A DNA stretch of 64,000 nucleotides from Schizosaccharomyces osmophilus (GCF_027921745.1 NC_079238.1:1364001-1428000); one strand, 5' to 3'; counted from the first letter of the stretch, positions 38,043 through 51,348 are shown. Translations and numbers: made by a program. Notes: generated by a model not told the origin, from the letters alone.

Positions 38043-40982
38043 ATGTCGGCCCAGGATGTGGAAAAAGCTGTAGAAGTAGCATTAGACCCTTCCGTAGATG
38101 TAGGGATTAAACAGCAAGCTACAGACTTTATTGCTACAGTGCGGGCGTCCCCAGAAGGATGGAAGGTGTGTCAAGAGATTTTCGTGAATAAAACAGCTTT
38201 TAGAGAAGCTTCAAGATTAGTATCGCTTCAGATTTTGTGTGAAAAAGCTAGCGATTGGAAAAAAGAAGTTAATGGAATGGAGTTGGAAATGGTCAAAGAA
38301 AATGTGTGGGCTTATGTGAAGGAGCAAAAGTATTTGGATGATCCGGCTTATATTATAAATGCTATTCAACATTTATTGACATTGTTATTTATTCAGCTAT
38401 ACCCAGTAAGGTGGAATGATTTCTTCCAGTCTTTGCAAAGCATGGCTGCTTCATCATCTCAAGTAGAGCCCTCAAATTTTTATTTAAAAATGCTTTTGTC
38501 CATTGGAGAAGAAGTTGCAGATTCCTTTATCCCAAAGTCAACAACGCGAGCTCAACAGAGCACAGCTGTCAAAGATGCGATCCGCGAAAATGACATGTCA
38601 CAGATTGTGTCTTTTGTATTTGAGATGATGGTTGCGTATAGTAATGCCAAAAGTTATTCCCCGGTTGTTCTTTCTCTTCAGGTCTTTGGCCAGTGGGTTT
38701 CCTGGATTAACATCAGTTTGATAGTAAATGAGCCCTGTATGAACTTGCTTTATTCATTCCTTCAAGTTCCTGAACTTCGTTGTGCCGCTTGCGAAACGAT
38801 AACAGAAATCGTCAACAAAAAAATGAAACCACTTGATAAATACAGTCTGCTCGTCCTCCTCAATCTAAACTATTTCTTTACGCAGTTTCAGGAGCAATCA
38901 AGTGATCCTACTTTTGACGAGCATATTGCTAAACTTGTCAACGCTCAGGGCGTTGAGCTTCTTGCTATTAAATCCGATCCTACAGAAATGACTTCTGAGA
39001 CTTTGGAAAACTGTTCATATCAGTTATACACTCTTTTCCCTTATCTTATTCGTTACTTATCCGATGACTACGATGAAACCTCTTCTGCGGTTTTTCCCTT
39101 CTTATCCGATTTACTTACTTCTCTTAGAAAAGAATCATCCTCAAAACCACTTACGGACTCTAGCAAACAACTATTAACTTCGCTTTTACAAGCTCTTGCT
39201 AAGAAAATGACTTATGATGAGTCTCAAGAGTGGGATGACGATCCTGAAAGTGAAGAGGAAGCTGAGTTTCAAGAGCTCCGCAAAAAATTGAAGACTTTTC
39301 AGGACACCATTAACTTAATTGATCATGCTCTTTACGCAAATTTTATGTATTCAGTCATTACCTCAAGTATATCCTCCGCTGCAGCAATGCCTATAGAAAA
39401 TTCTTGGCAGCTTGTTGAATTTGCTTTGCATGAAACCTACATATTTGGAGAAGGTATGCGGGGACCAACCGCATATGTCAATGAGGCTGATAAAAGCCCA
39501 ACTCCTCTCTCTCAAATCTTGCTTCTCGTCATTGAATCCCAAGTGGGACGGCATCCACATCCTCTTGTACAACTTTTGTACATGGAAATTTTAGTTCGAT
39601 ACTCTGGATTTTTTGAGTATCAGCCATCTGCCATTGGTCCAATAATGGAATATTTTGTTGGACCTACAGGCATACATAATTCTAACGAACGAGTACGCGT
39701 TCGTGCTTGGTATTTGTTTTACCGCTTCGTTCGTAGTGTTACTAAGTATGTTGCTACTTATGCAGAAAGTTCTCTTGCCTTGCTTGGTGATCTCCTTAAT
39801 ATAGACGTTCAACCTTCTACAGATATTGATTCCCCTGAACCAACTTTGAACTCTTCAATTAGAAACAGCTCATTTAATTCCCAGCTGTATCTATTTGAAA
39901 CGGCTGGTATCCTTATTTCTTCTGGCGCATTGCCCAGAGAAGAACAAGTTCTCTTTTGTGATTCGTTAATAGACGCGTTGCTTTACAAAGCTAATTCAGC
40001 ACTTTCCAGTAACGCTTCTTCTCTGGAGAGCATTATTTCTGTGTATTGTTCTCTGATGGCAATTGGAAATTTTGCCAAAGGCTTTCCTGCCCGCGATTCT
40101 CAGGAAATTGCTTGGCTTTCTACTTTTAACAAAGCTTCTGATGCAATTTTCTCTATTCTAAACACCATGGGTTTCAGTGAAGACATTCGGAGTGCCGTAC
40201 GATTTGCATCGGGAAGAATTATTAATGTGGTCGGTCCGGACATGTTGCCAAAGGTTCCTCAGTTAGTATCTTTATTGCTGAGCTCAATCAGCATAAACGA
40301 ATTGGTGGATGTTTTGTCTTTCATCAGTCAACTCATCTACATATATAAAGAAGCTATGATGGGAGTGATTTCAAACCTTCTTCCATCTTTACTCAGTACG
40401 GTGTTTACTTCTCTTTCAGAAACACCTCAGGGAACGGATGATGCTATAAAGCAAAGTGATTTGAGGAAATCATATATTTCATTTATTTTACACTTATTAA
40501 ATAAAGGCTTTGGATCAGCATTCTTCGCTGAGCAAGTTCAAAGCTATTTTGATCCCCTTATAAATAGCATTATTCACTTTGCTAATTTATATGGTGAACC
40601 TTCTACACAAAAAAGTTCAATCGCTCTTTTATCAAAAATGGTTTCTTTATGGGGTGGCCCCGATGGTATAGAAGGATTTGAGAGAGTTATTTTCGGTTCA
40701 CTGTCACCGTTGTGCTTTGAGATGCCAGTCAATCCAGTTTTTAATGCAAATGACGGGCAATCTCACATAGTGCTTGGCGAACTCGCAAATTTGCAGAGGA
40801 CTATACTTGAAATGTGCGGCGAAAGTTATAGATCATATTTACTTGGAGTATATTTCCCTACTGTAAATTTCCCTGAAATGTTGGCATCGGAATATTTACA
40901 AGTATTGGTAAACTCGGATTCTAGGACATTCAAGCAATTTTTTCAAAAATTCATTCAGGCAATAAAAAAAGGTCAGGCTTAA
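38043..40982 (+). CDS. los1: Exportin-T (tRNA export receptor) Los1
   Basis: 979-aa HEAT-repeat karyopherin; [45 protein letters not shown]. Confidence 0.93.
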   Translation: MSAQDVEKAVEVALDPSVDVGIKQQATDFIATVRASPEGWKVCQEIFVNKTAFREASRLVSLQILCEKASDWKKEVNGMELEMVKENVWAYVKEQKYLDDPAYIINAIQHLLTLLFIQLYPVRWNDFFQSLQSMAASSSQVEPSNFYLKMLLSIGEEVADSFIPKSTTRAQQSTAVKDAIRENDMSQIVSFVFEMMVAYSNAKSYSPVVLSLQVFGQWVSWINISLIVNEPCMNLLYSFLQVPELRCAACETITEIVNKKMKPLDKYSLLVLLNLNYFFTQFQEQSSDPTFDEHIAKLVNAQGVELLAIKSDPTEMTSETLENCSYQLYTLFPYLIRYLSDDYDETSSAVFPFLSDLLTSLRKESSSKPLTDSSKQLLTSLLQALAKKMTYDESQEWDDDPESEEEAEFQELRKKLKTFQDTINLIDHALYANFMYSVITSSISSAAAMPIENSWQLVEFALHETYIFGEGMRGPTAYVNEADKSPTPLSQILLLVIESQVGRHPHPLVQLLYMEILVRYSGFFEYQPSAIGPIMEYFVGPTGIHNSNERVRVRAWYLFYRFVRSVTKYVATYAESSLALLGDLLNIDVQPSTDIDSPEPTLNSSIRNSSFNSQLYLFETAGILISSGALPREEQVLFCDSLIDALLYKANSALSSNASSLESIISVYCSLMAIGNFAKGFPARDSQEIAWLSTFNKASDAIFSILNTMGFSEDIRSAVRFASGRIINVVGPDMLPKVPQLVSLLLSSISINELVDVLSFISQLIYIYKEAMMGVISNLLPSLLSTVFTSLSETPQGTDDAIKQSDLRKSYISFILHLLNKGFGSAFFAEQVQSYFDPLINSIIHFANLYGEPSTQKSSIALLSKMVSLWGGPDGIEGFERVIFGSLSPLCFEMPVNPVFNANDGQSHIVLGELANLQRTILEMCGESYRSYLLGVYFPTVNFPEMLASEYLQVLVNSDSRTFKQFFQKFIQAIKKGQA

Positions 40983-41486
40983 AAATGGAATAATTTTCGT
41001 GTGTTATATATAAAGGGCTTTCATGTGAAAGGTTTTAGTTGTTTTGTGTATGAATCCAAATGGAGTTAGGTCGATTTATGCGAACGATCTGATCACCTTC
41101 TTGCTTCTCTTCTGTTCGTAGATAAATTTAATAAAGAACTGCATACATCTCTATGAAATCATGCGTGCAAAGGCTAGGAAGCCATAATTTTGATGTCTGA
41201 GAAAACTCTTATGTAAATATTTAACGGTAAAGCAAAGCATACTAAGTTTGAAATTGTGTAGATAAAAGATTTCAAATTTGAAATCTACGAGAGTTCATCA
41301 CAATTTGACGTTTTTAATGTCAACCTACACGAAGTCAGTTAGAGTATTTAAAACCGCTTGGTTCGACAATCTAATAACAAAGTACTTTTAGGTGTACGAA
41401 AAGTGTTATAAAATAAAATAAAACAATTGAATTGCTTTTTAACATTAGTGGGCGTTTGAATTTGGCAACTCAATAAACATTCCTTG

Positions 41487-42561
41487 ATGGAGGTATTAGA
41501 AACGGATTTGGATGCATTAAAATGCAGGATGAGCGCAACGAAAATGGGATACATTGATGATCCATATATACAATATTTTCTCCCAAAGCGTTCGATCCAT
41601 AAACCTCCTATTATCAATCGTGGAACTTACGTTCGAACATGGTCTATTGATCATGTATTAATAAACTTCTTAAACAAAATTGAAGGCAAAAAGCAGATAA
41701 TATCTCTGGGAGCAGGAACAGATACTAGGGCCTTTCGCTTCTTGGTACGCTCTTAAAAAAGTACACTATGTTATATACTAACAAACTTACTTGTATAGGC
41801 AAAGCTTCCAAAAGAAAGTATTAAGTTTATTGAGCTTGATTTATATCCGAATTGCGTCAGAAAAGTTCAGTCAATTGCAAAACACGAAGCTCTGCATGCA
41901 AAGTTGGGGGATTATACATTAGGTAAGGACGAAGCTTCAACATTGTTTGAGAGGGAAAAGAGAAAAATAAAGTTACTAATAATTAGATGCAACAAAGGGA
42001 ATACTGCTTTCGGATTCGTTAGACATACTCCCGTTCGATATTCGTCGTATACCTGAAGCAGGTTTACCAGACAGGGCGGATCGAAGTTTACCTACTATTG
42101 TACTATCTGAATGCTGTTTATGTTATTTGGAGCCTAATGAAGCAAACTCTATTTGCCAGTGGTTTCAAGAACGTTTCTCATGCATTGGCATATTGGTTTA
42201 TGAACCTATTCAAGGAATGGATAGTTTCGGGAAAATGATGAAGAGCAACTTGGCAGTATGGTTTTTTCTTTCATTTTAAATTAGTATTAACATCAATTAG
42301 TCACGTGGGATTTACTTGAAAACGTTGGAGAGCTATAACACCATTGAAGATCAAGAAACCCGTTTTACAGACAATGGCTTCCAACATACTACAGCCTTGG
42401 ATTTTGCCGCTCTTGAAAGGGAATGGATTCCAGAAATAGAAAAGCAAAGGATTGCAAAAATTGAAATGTTAGACGAACTGGAAGAGTGGTATTTACTCGC
42501 TAAGCATTACTGCCTTGTTTTTACTACCAGTCAGTCTCTACACGAAAAACTAAACTTGTAA
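41487..42561 (+). CDS. ppm1: Leucine carboxyl methyltransferase Ppm1/LCMT1 (exons 41487-41744, 41799-41922, 41987-42255, 42301-42561)
   Basis: PPIINRGTYVRT, QIISLGAGTDTR, SECCLCYL, FGKMM, MLDELEEW..HYC; three canonical introns. Confidence 0.93.
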
Positions 42562-42809
42562 AAGCCGAATGCCGGACTAAATGAATAATTTATTTTATTA
42601 ATTTATCTACGGTTGTAGTGAATTAATGCAAGATATAAAAAGACAGGTGACTAGCTATGGTGTATGTCTCTCTTACAAGTACATAGTACAAGATCCAAGA
42701 TTTCCACATAGTAGAAAATAATATCTCTCATCCAGAAGGACCTAATTTTTTCGATGTCCAACACTTCATTGTAATAAAAAACGCTCTCTTGTTTAATTTC
42801 CGAGCGAAT

Positions 42810-44351
42810 ATGAGTTGTCTTATTGCACCTATTGAGCTACCTTACTACGGTCGGGGTCTGGCTGCCGCAGAGAGGATTCAACCAGGTAAAAACGCTTGGA
42901 ATAAGAAAAACTATTAAAACCTAACAAATAGGAACAATCTTGCTGTCAAAAACTGTTGATATTTTTGCGCTTGAAGTTGGAATTTTGACCACGCATTGCT
43001 CTGGTTGTACAAGCGAAGGACAAAAAACACAAAGATGCACGGCATGTAAAACGATTCATTATTGTTCAAAGGTAATTTAAATATATATTTTGTGAATGGT
43101 TGTATTCTAATCACTTAGGCGTGTCAAAAAGCTGACTGGCCATTACACAAATTAGAGTGCAAAGCTTTGCAAGCTTCTAGACATAATGGAACTTTGCCCT
43201 CAATTTGCCGTTTACTTATTCGTTTGTACGCAATGTCGCTGGGAAATCCGAAGAGTACTGAGTTATTAGAATCACACATAACGGATTTTCCCAAAGTAGC
43301 AGCTTCATGGACTGATGCAGAATTAATTGCGTCCGCAGCTTCCCACTATACCAAGAGTTATCAGACAGATCTTTTTCGATCTTTGTTTTGTAAGGTGGCT
43401 ATCAATTCTATGAATCTTGTTACATGCTCTTTTGATCGACTAGGTGTCTGTTTAGATACTGCTCTCTCACGCATAAACCATTTATGCGAACCAAATTGCC
43501 ATATAATTTTTGAAGGATATCGTGCAATGCTTGTAGCGAGCCGTAAAATTGAAAAAGATGAACAACTTTTTATTTCATACACTGATGTTCGGGTCCCCCA
43601 ATCAATCCGCCAAAAGCAACTGAAAAAGAAATACTTTTTTAATTGCGAATGTGAGAGATGTGCGAAAGAATCGTCTAATATGGAGAAAGATGCTTCATAC
43701 TATCAATCTCAGCTTAAAAACAATCGGGAATCTTTATCCAAAAATCTAAAACTAGCAAAAGAACTTTGGACATCGTCTTGCGAGAAATGTTTATATCCAT
43801 GGGCGACTTTACTTCATCGTATAAAGCTAGGATTTTTGAATGAAATGAACTATGATGGAGCATTTACTGCGTTGCTCCTCAAGAGCGTGAATGATCCAAT
43901 TAGAGATGTCATTCACGTGGTAGATGAGTATCAACTCTTGCTTTTGGGTAAGCAATTAATAATGGAAGTGAAGCAAATCATGTTTCCCAATGACAGACCC
44001 CTTGAAATTGAACTTAGTAGAGGGCCTATACATTCCGGTGACGCACGGCTGGATCAGCGAGAAAAAGTGGATTTTTCTGCTTTACGTGGTGAACAACATT
44101 GCTTCTTAAGCTACTATAAATTTTCGTTGGATGATTTTGTGGTTTGGTTGTTAAACCGGGCAGGTTATTTATCAGTGGCAGTCAAGCAAAGCCATCCAGA
44201 TACTTGCTTTGCGGCTTCTGTGGCAGAAGACGTCAAGGAATTTCTTGAAGTCTGTAAGGATTATCAGCCTTCAATTTTTGATCATGACTATTATCGAGCA
44301 TTTGAAGCCAAGCTTGAAGAATCATGCAAGGACTATCTGATGAGATACTAG
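42810..44351 (+). CDS. set6: SMYD-type SET/MYND lysine methyltransferase Set6 (exons 42810-42885, 42932-43071, 43119-44351)
   Basis: GRGL, MYND finger CSGC..CTAC..YCSKACQ..W..H..EC, INHLCEPN, EQLFISY, FNCECERC. Confidence 0.88.
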
Positions 44352-44623
44352 GGAATACCAGAATACGCTTGAACATGGAATAGACTGACCAAACAAATGG
44401 ATAAAAATAATGGAAATAGCGTTCACTTAGAGTGAGCGAAAAATAATACACGTAATAATGAGAAATTGAATACGAAAAAGCTTGATTTTGTGTGTATGTG
44501 TGTGAAATGCTACAATTTTGCAAGCGAGAAAACAAAACACCAAAAAGCATATAACAAGAACCAACACGGCAATAGATTTTTTTATATGAAGATACGATGA
44601 TGAATAGCATAGAAACACTAATT

Positions 44624-45053
44624 TTAGTCGAAAAGACCGAAACCCATCTAAATTCAAGTTAGTAAGCGGTATTTTAAAGACATGGCTCATCGTTTGCTTT
44701 TGCTTTTTCAAACCATGAGCCAAATGACAAGCTGTAGAACTTACATCTTCATCAGACTCCTCCTCTTGCTTGGCTTCTTCCTTCTTGGCCTCCTCAGCAG
44801 CGGGAGCGGCATCACCAGCGGCGGCGGCGGCGGCAGGGGCAGCAGCACCTCCAGAGGGAACAGTAGCGAGCTTCTCGTTACCAGAGGCAATCAGTTCCTC
44901 GATGTTCTTGCCTTGAAGTTCGCTCAACAAAGATTCGACACGAGCGGATTCACTCTCAATACCAACGGTAGAGAGGACAGTTTCAACATCAGAGGCAGAA
45001 GGGGAGGACTTACCGCCGATGGTCAAAAGTAAATAAGCTGCAAGGTACTTCAT
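44624..45053 (-). CDS. rpp201: 60S acidic ribosomal protein P2 (exons 45053-44745, 44647-44624)
   Basis: [10 protein letters not shown]...EEESDED|MGFGLFD*; 97-nt intron GTAAGT..ACTAAC..TAG. Paralogue number taken from synteny. Confidence 0.95.
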
Positions 45054-45126
45054 TTTGATGAGGAGTGTAAAAGCGTGTTGATGGCAGAAATTGACCTGAT
45101 AGCTTCACTTCTGTGTTGACACAATT

Positions 45127-45152
45127 CGTGACTGGTTTTTGTAGGTTAGGGT
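45127..45152 (-). promoter_or_regulatory. HomolD and HomolE-like boxes of rpp2
   Basis: Minus-strand CAGTCACG (45127-45134) preceded by ACCCTAACCT (45143-45152), the standard fission-yeast ribosomal-protein promoter pair. Confidence 0.8.
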
Positions 45153-45985
45153 ACAAAAGTTTTGACGAACTTTAACGAGACCCAACGTTTTACGAAAGAG
45201 TAAACAAAAGGAAGAACAAGATGGGAGGTTGAAGAAAAGAGGATAATGAGGAATTTGAGATTCAACAGAACATTGGTGAAACGGTGGTGTCGTCTACTTT
45301 GAAAGTGACCGACCTGTTGGTTAGCTTTGGCTTTCCTGGCTAAGTCGCTGAATACAATTCATTAAAGAGGACCAAAAATGAGCAGGAAAAAGCAGCAGTG
45401 TAGAAGGATCACTACAGACAGCATTGTTTTTGTTTTTGGTAACGAAGAAATAATAATTTCCTTGGGATGTATGGTCCCCCTTCGCTTCGTTTAATTTTTT
45501 GCTCAACATAAGCTTTGTTGCGGACGACGTCAGAATCCAAAAAGTGCGTCGCAAACAAACAGTTAATTTACAACCAAATGATGAGTCGACTCGCTACAAA
45601 TTGTTTATAGAGCGATCGCTTGCGCAAGACTGATGCGTTTAGGAATGTGCGCCGAAGCATTGGTGAAAAGGTATGAAGGACAGCAAATCAAAGCATCGAG
45701 TTTTGCGCTTTTCGATCGCTCTTTGAACAAAAATTGGATCTCCAACAAAACCAATCGATGAATTCCGATGCATCGCTGAGTAGTTACGTAGAGATCTTAT
45801 CAAAATTATCAAGGCAGTGAAAAAAAAATAAAAAAAAAATCTTGCCTCTCTACCTTGCATTCCATTGAAGCTTGAATACGGTCATTTTCTTAGTGTAACT
45901 CTTTTTGATTTGTTTCTCTGTTCTTGAAAAATACTAATCTCAAACGTTTGTCATTGCTCTCAAGTCGTATCAAAAAAAATTTCAA

Positions 45986-47041
45986 ATGCAAATATACAAA
46001 TGTACGGGATTCGCTCTCCAAGAAGCAGTTTTTCCTTCCCAGTCGTTGCTTGTGCTACGAAGTTGGAATGGGTGTAAACGTCTCTTTTCGAATACGTATG
46101 CGTCCCAACCAAATGCTTTAGATCCCACAATCTTTCGTTCTTGGATTCAACCGCGATCAGCGATCCAATTAAGTCAGCACTCTGTCTCTGGTCGATATTC
46201 ATGGCGGACATATATTACCAACACCACCCACCTTCCTAACCGCAAGTTTTCTTCTACCTCTTACCACCTCTTACCTCGCAACGCAAACGAAATGGAGCAA
46301 CACAGAAAATTGGACAAGCTAGGACGCCGCATTCAAGAAATTGATAATCAAGAAGTAACTGAAACTACAGACGAGGTTCCTCCTGCCAATGTCCTTCCCT
46401 TAGATGGCAAAGTTGTTCAATCTCCCGAATTAAAAAACTTGCTTGAACGTAACTTGAATTGGTCAAAACAAACCACTCGTAACTTTCCATCCTTCTTCTC
46501 CGTCACCAAAGATATTCAAAGTCCTCAAGTTATGTGGATTGGATGCTCTGACTCTCGTGTCCCTGAAACCACTGTTTTGGATCTTTTGCCTGGCGAGGTT
46601 TTCGTCCATCGTAATATCGCCAATGTCGTTCCTCGCTCAGATATCAATGCCTTGGCCGCTATGGAGTATTCTGTCACCGCTCTTAAAGTCAAACACATTA
46701 TCGTCTGTGGTCACTATGGTTGCGGAGGTGTTGCAGCTGCCATGGGCCCCCATACAAATAACTTGATGGATCATTGGCTTCGTCACATCCGCGATGTCAT
46801 TGAAGACAACCGCTCGGAACTGGACGCCATAAAAAACCCCGAGGAACGTCGTCTGCGTCTTGCTGAATTAAATACCCGTGCTCAGGCCGTTTCCGTAACC
46901 CGCGTCGGTTTTGTCCGTCAAGCTATGGAGTCCCGTGGTTTACAGGTCCATGGCTGGGTTTATGATGTCGGTACAGGCAGAATTAAGAGCTTGGATATCT
47001 CTGATGCCATCAATAATGCAAAATATAACCCTTATAACTAA
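45986..47041 (+). CDS. nce103: Beta-class carbonic anhydrase Nce103 with a long N-terminal extension
   Basis: [38 protein letters not shown]. The start codon is uncertain (45986 or 46292). Confidence 0.93.
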   Translation: MQIYKCTGFALQEAVFPSQSLLVLRSWNGCKRLFSNTYASQPNALDPTIFRSWIQPRSAIQLSQHSVSGRYSWRTYITNTTHLPNRKFSSTSYHLLPRNANEMEQHRKLDKLGRRIQEIDNQEVTETTDEVPPANVLPLDGKVVQSPELKNLLERNLNWSKQTTRNFPSFFSVTKDIQSPQVMWIGCSDSRVPETTVLDLLPGEVFVHRNIANVVPRSDINALAAMEYSVTALKVKHIIVCGHYGCGGVAAAMGPHTNNLMDHWLRHIRDVIEDNRSELDAIKNPEERRLRLAELNTRAQAVSVTRVGFVRQAMESRGLQVHGWVYDVGTGRIKSLDISDAINNAKYNPYN

Positions 47042-47279
47042 GTTTCTATTTCTATTCGCTATGCCTCTCGTTTTGTTTATGCCTTATTGTTTATGATGGG
47101 CATACATGATATGTACTTTTGATTTCTCACGAATGCTTGTTTTTATCGCTTACCTTTACTTACTGATAGTGAGTTTTATTTTTTATATATATATAGCTTC
47201 CATCGTTCTTGTACGAAAATAAAGTCAAGCAACCTTTTATTATTCATCTCCTATTTAATTTATCGTAAACCCGCTTTGT

Positions 47280-49755
47280 TTAAATTTGTTTCATATATAT
47301 TTGGTAAAAAATAAATAAATACCCCACTATAGAACAGACAGCTAGTGTTTCCTTAAATAAGTTTGATGAAACCTCCGGTTTGAGTTCACTGTCTGCTTCT
47401 GTATGTGATACATTAGCTGCCCTCTTCTTTTTTACTGTTTCTTCTCTCAGTATAAACAAAACAGAAACATTTCTCAACAACTTAAATTCCAGTCTTTGCA
47501 ACGGCTTTAAATGTATCCGCTTGTCCACTTCAATTGCTGAGATTTTATATTTCAATCCTTCCATGTCAACCACCACATGATTCAATGTATAGTCAAGGAC
47601 AGCAGGTAATCTAAATACCATTCCTTCTTTCGTCTTTTGCAGAGGAACCAGCATTCCTATTCGAAGGGACAAGCTTTGTTTCATCTTTGAGTTCGTGATG
47701 CTGTATATTCCATCTGAATAATAAACATTCGTCAAATAGTTATGACTTCCTTCAATCACCCACGTTAATCGTGATTGCTCTGGTAGTTTGAGTTTTAGAA
47801 TGTCAGTTTGATCTTCAGAATCCAAAATCAAAATGCAAGAAAATACAAGTTGTAAATAATCCTCAAAACCATCAAACACTTTAAAGATGGGGGACAAACA
47901 ATTCCTTTTTATGCGAGTACGTATGAACGGATTTTGCACGGTTGCTCTGGAACACTGATTCAGTTGAGACAAAGTAAATCCATAATTCATATCTTTATTG
48001 TATGTGAATTCGCAGCATCCCATTGCCAACGTCTGAGAGTTCCCATGAATGTCATATAGGAAGACTTGATAGTCCGAAACTAATTCCTCAAAGGCAACTT
48101 TTGTAGAATGCTTCATATGTTTCACAATTGGGATTGGTAGTATGTGATTTTCTGTAACTGCATCAGGATCCATCATTAGTATCTGAAGCGCATGTAGCGC
48201 ATCGATTGAAGTCATATCATGGCGTTGGTGGACTTTTGTGAATACTATATCTAACTCGTCGTCATTCCGTTGTTGTTCAAATTCAATGTCCAAACAATCA
48301 CTGACAACGTCTTTTAGTACAAACGCCTCTGGAGCAATTACAGTGAATGTGCTATTTTCTGTAATTTTAGAGGCACATATGCATTGAATTTCGTACTGTA
48401 AATGTTTGAAAGATGATTCATCCTCTTGTAAAGACACCGAAACAGTTGTTTCAGAAATCTTGACACTTTTGAGGGATTCTTTGGTGTACCAGACGACGTT
48501 CGATAATGAAGAAGCAGATAGTGGAGCGGACGAACAAAACGATGATCCATTTGACACGTCCAAAGACTGTTCGAGCTGTGTATCGAAATGTCCAGATGAA
48601 ACGTGTGCATTCCAATCTAGGTGTATTGATGAATGGATAACTAGATTAAGTTCGACTCGAAACGTCGGAATAAAAAAATTCAAAGGGGCGCGATAACTCT
48701 GCTCCATTTCATCAAAGAAGGCTTTTGCTTTTAGCATTAACCATATTTTAGTTGGCTGCGACTTCCGAAACAATTCTGAATTCGTTTCATTAGGATCAGA
48801 AAGCTGGGGATTGTAATATAAGCAGTCGTTTTCTAACGTAAAGCTTTCTGTGGGATGCGAAAGGATTGAGGTTTCATTTGAAGCCTCATCTCCATTAGAT
48901 ATGTCTACTTCGTTCGTTTCTTGCAAATGTAATTCTGAGCAGTTGTCGAAAGAATCGCTTTCTTTGTCTTTCTCCAAATCAAATGTTTTCTCATGAGAAC
49001 TAACTAACATATCATCTTTCATTGAAGACGTGGAAATCATATCGTTTGAAGTCATGGAAAGCGTGGTGAAAGACCCATTCTCAAGCAAAAATGAAAACGA
49101 ATCCCTCCTCGAAGAAAGAAGACAAGAATCGACATTTTCAAAATTCAAAGAAAGTTCGTCAAATTCAGAGCAAGTTTCAGAAATGTTTTCGCACTCTTGC
49201 TGAGTGGTGAATGTCTGATCCAATTCATTCTCAACCGTAAACCAACCTTGAAGATCGAGTGTCTCTGAACTTTCATCTATATATTCACACTCTTGTCTAT
49301 TACCTGATCGATAACCCTTGGTAGGAGAGCTGAATGCATTTTCGTCTCCAATTATGGGTTGCTCTCGAAATTGTTTCGGAGGTGTCGCTACGTCAGGCTC
49401 TTGTATGTTTGGGCTTATGCTGTTTTCCTCATCGGTTAAGGACTTCAGAGGGATCCTTGGTTTTGAGGTTGTTAACGGGGTTTTAGTAGATACCTCTTTC
49501 TTTAAAACACTACTAGCAGGGTTTTTAGGTTGATTATTGGTATCATCTTTCATTTCTAAAAAGTTTAATAAATCCCAAGTCTTATTATTTAAATTCAAAA
49601 CGGGGACGGGAAGCTTATCATTTCCAGTATTCACCTAGAATGTATTTAGTATGAGCGTAAATCCTTTCACCTTATCTTACGTTTAAAAGAACATCAGCAA
49701 CAATTGATTCATTATCATTCCAATATAGCTTTAATTGGGCGGTATTTTCTTCCAT
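47280..49755 (-). CDS. mug45: Schizosaccharomyces-specific meiotically upregulated protein with a C-terminal TM helix (exons 49755-49681, 49634-47280)
   Basis: 784-codon exon plus an in-frame 25-codon first exon (46-nt intron GTAAGA..TAG); acidic Ser-rich N-half, hydrophobic tail. The name comes from synteny and size only. Confidence 0.65.
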
Positions 49756-49811
49756 ATTTGAAAGATAATTCAATATGGAGTGGTAGGTGGTGAGCAAGCT
49801 TGAAAGTGAAT

Positions 49812-49820
49812 GTAAACAAA
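49812..49820 (+). promoter_or_regulatory. FLEX/forkhead motif upstream of the mug45-like gene
   Basis: GTAAACAAA about 57 nt from the predicted ATG; a short motif that also occurs elsewhere in the window. Confidence 0.4.
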
Positions 49821-50175
49821 GAGATTGTATCTGAAAAGAGATAACAAATCGACAAATAACTTGGAGTATTTTCATATCAAATATAAATGCAATTCTATAA
49901 GAAAAACATTTACAATATTTGTAACACTACAAACCACAAAAGGCTTCCAAGCATAAGGTATCTTACCATGAAGTCGAGGTTTGTAAAAATATGCTAGTCC
50001 TTTTTTCTTGTATTTACGCATTTATAACCACAAAAAAAAACCACAACTTTCATCGATTATACTTGGTTCATACATTCTTATGGCTAAAAATCTTCTGTTT
50101 ACAAACAAACCACGTATATATTACGCTACCTCTCGCAGCGCTTCGCTAAAAATTTTCGGCTTTCATGGCGAAGAA

Positions 50176-50183
50176 CAGTCACG
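50176..50183 (+). promoter_or_regulatory. HomolD box of rpl4
   Basis: CAGTCACG about 75 nt before the ATG. Confidence 0.8.
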
Positions 50184-50256
50184 GATAGTTGCGCAGTGAA
50201 AGATTTCAGAAAAAGAACGCTTCTTCACTACCACCAAGTCCATAATCACCGCTACA

Positions 50257-51348
50257 ATGGCAGCAGCTCGTCCCACTGTTAGTGTCTACTCCAAGGACGG
50301 CGGTGTCTCTTCTGAGACTATCGCTCTCCCTTTCGTTTTCAAGGCCCCCATTCGTCCTGATTTGGTTCGCTCTGTTCATACCGCTGTTGCCAAGAACAAG
50401 CGTCAACCGTACGCCGTCTCCGAGAAGGCTGGTCACCAAACCTCTGCTGAATCTTGGGGTACTGGTCGTGCCCTTGCTCGTATTCCTCGTGTCGGTGGTG
50501 GTGGTACTCACCGTGCCGGTCAAGCTGCTTTTGGTAACATGTGCCGTAGCGGTCGTATGTTCGCCCCTACCAAAACTTGGCGCAAATGGCATGTTAAGGT
50601 CAACCAAAACGAAAAGCGCTATGCTATCGCTTCCGCTGTTGCTGCCTCCGGTGTTCCTTCTCTCCTTTTGGCTCGTGGTCACCGTGTTGAGGAAATTGCT
50701 GAAGTTCCTTTGGTTGTCGAAGACTCTATCCAAACTATCCAAAAGACCAAGGAAGCTGTTGCTTTGTTGAAGGAGCTCAAGGCTTTCCGTGATGTTGCCA
50801 AGGTCACCAACTCTCGCAAGCTCCGTGCTGGTAAGGGTAAGCTTCGTAACCGTCGTTACGTTCAACGCCGTGGTCCTCTTGTTGTTTTCAATGAGGATGC
50901 TGGTATCGTTAAGGCTTTCCGTAACGTCCCCGGTGTTGAGCTTGTCAACGTTCGTCGTTTGAACTTGCTTCAACTTGCCCCTGGTGGTCACTTGGGTCGC
51001 TTCGTCATCTGGACCAAGTCTGCTTTCGACCTCCTTGACAACGTTTTCGGTAGCTTCACTGAAGTTTCTCAATTCAAAAAGGACTATGTCCTCCCTCAAA
51101 ACGTTATCTCTAACGCTGATGTTACCCGTCTCATCAACTCTGATGAAATTCAAAGCATTGTTAAGCCTGCTGGTCCCGCTGTTGTTAAGCGTACTAACGT
51201 TCAAAAGAAGAACCCTCTCAAGAACAAGAACGTTATGCTCCGCCTTAACCCTTACGCTAAGGCCTACAAGCACAATGTCAAGATTGACAGCGGCAAGACC
51301 ACCAAGTCTGCTGGTGAGAAGTTCTTGAGTGTTTTGCACGAGAACTAA
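50257..51348 (+). CDS. rpl402: 60S ribosomal protein L4 (uL4)
   Basis: [44 protein letters not shown]; strong codon bias. Paralogue number taken from synteny. Confidence 0.98.
   Translation: MAAARPTVSVYSKDGGVSSETIALPFVFKAPIRPDLVRSVHTAVAKNKRQPYAVSEKAGHQTSAESWGTGRALARIPRVGGGGTHRAGQAAFGNMCRSGRMFAPTKTWRKWHVKVNQNEKRYAIASAVAASGVPSLLLARGHRVEEIAEVPLVVEDSIQTIQKTKEAVALLKELKAFRDVAKVTNSRKLRAGKGKLRNRRYVQRRGPLVVFNEDAGIVKAFRNVPGVELVNVRRLNLLQLAPGGHLGRFVIWTKSAFDLLDNVFGSFTEVSQFKKDYVLPQNVISNADVTRLINSDEIQSIVKPAGPAVVKRTNVQKKNPLKNKNVMLRLNPYAKAYKHNVKIDSGKTTKSAGEKFLSVLHEN

Noticed and set aside
43474..43500. Set6 signature reads NHLC instead of NHSC
   Set aside because: The third position of NHxC varies in SMYD proteins, and the Asn, His, Cys, the catalytic Tyr (ISY) and the post-SET cysteines are intact.
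44427..45053. 208-aa extended P2 protein in the ORF track
   Set aside because: Read-through of the 97-nt intron; splicing restores the canonical MGFGLFD C-terminus.
45578..45633. Box C (ATGATGA) and box D (CTGA) pair suggesting a C/D snoRNA
   Set aside because: Only 56 nt, no convincing terminal stem, and no rRNA-complementary guide that I can recognise. snoscan or Infernal would settle it.
50206..51339. 377-aa antisense ORF over rpl4
   Set aside because: Shadow of strong codon bias in a highly expressed gene; no ATG start and no recognisable protein. The same applies to the antisense ORFs over rps18, dbp2 and rpp2.
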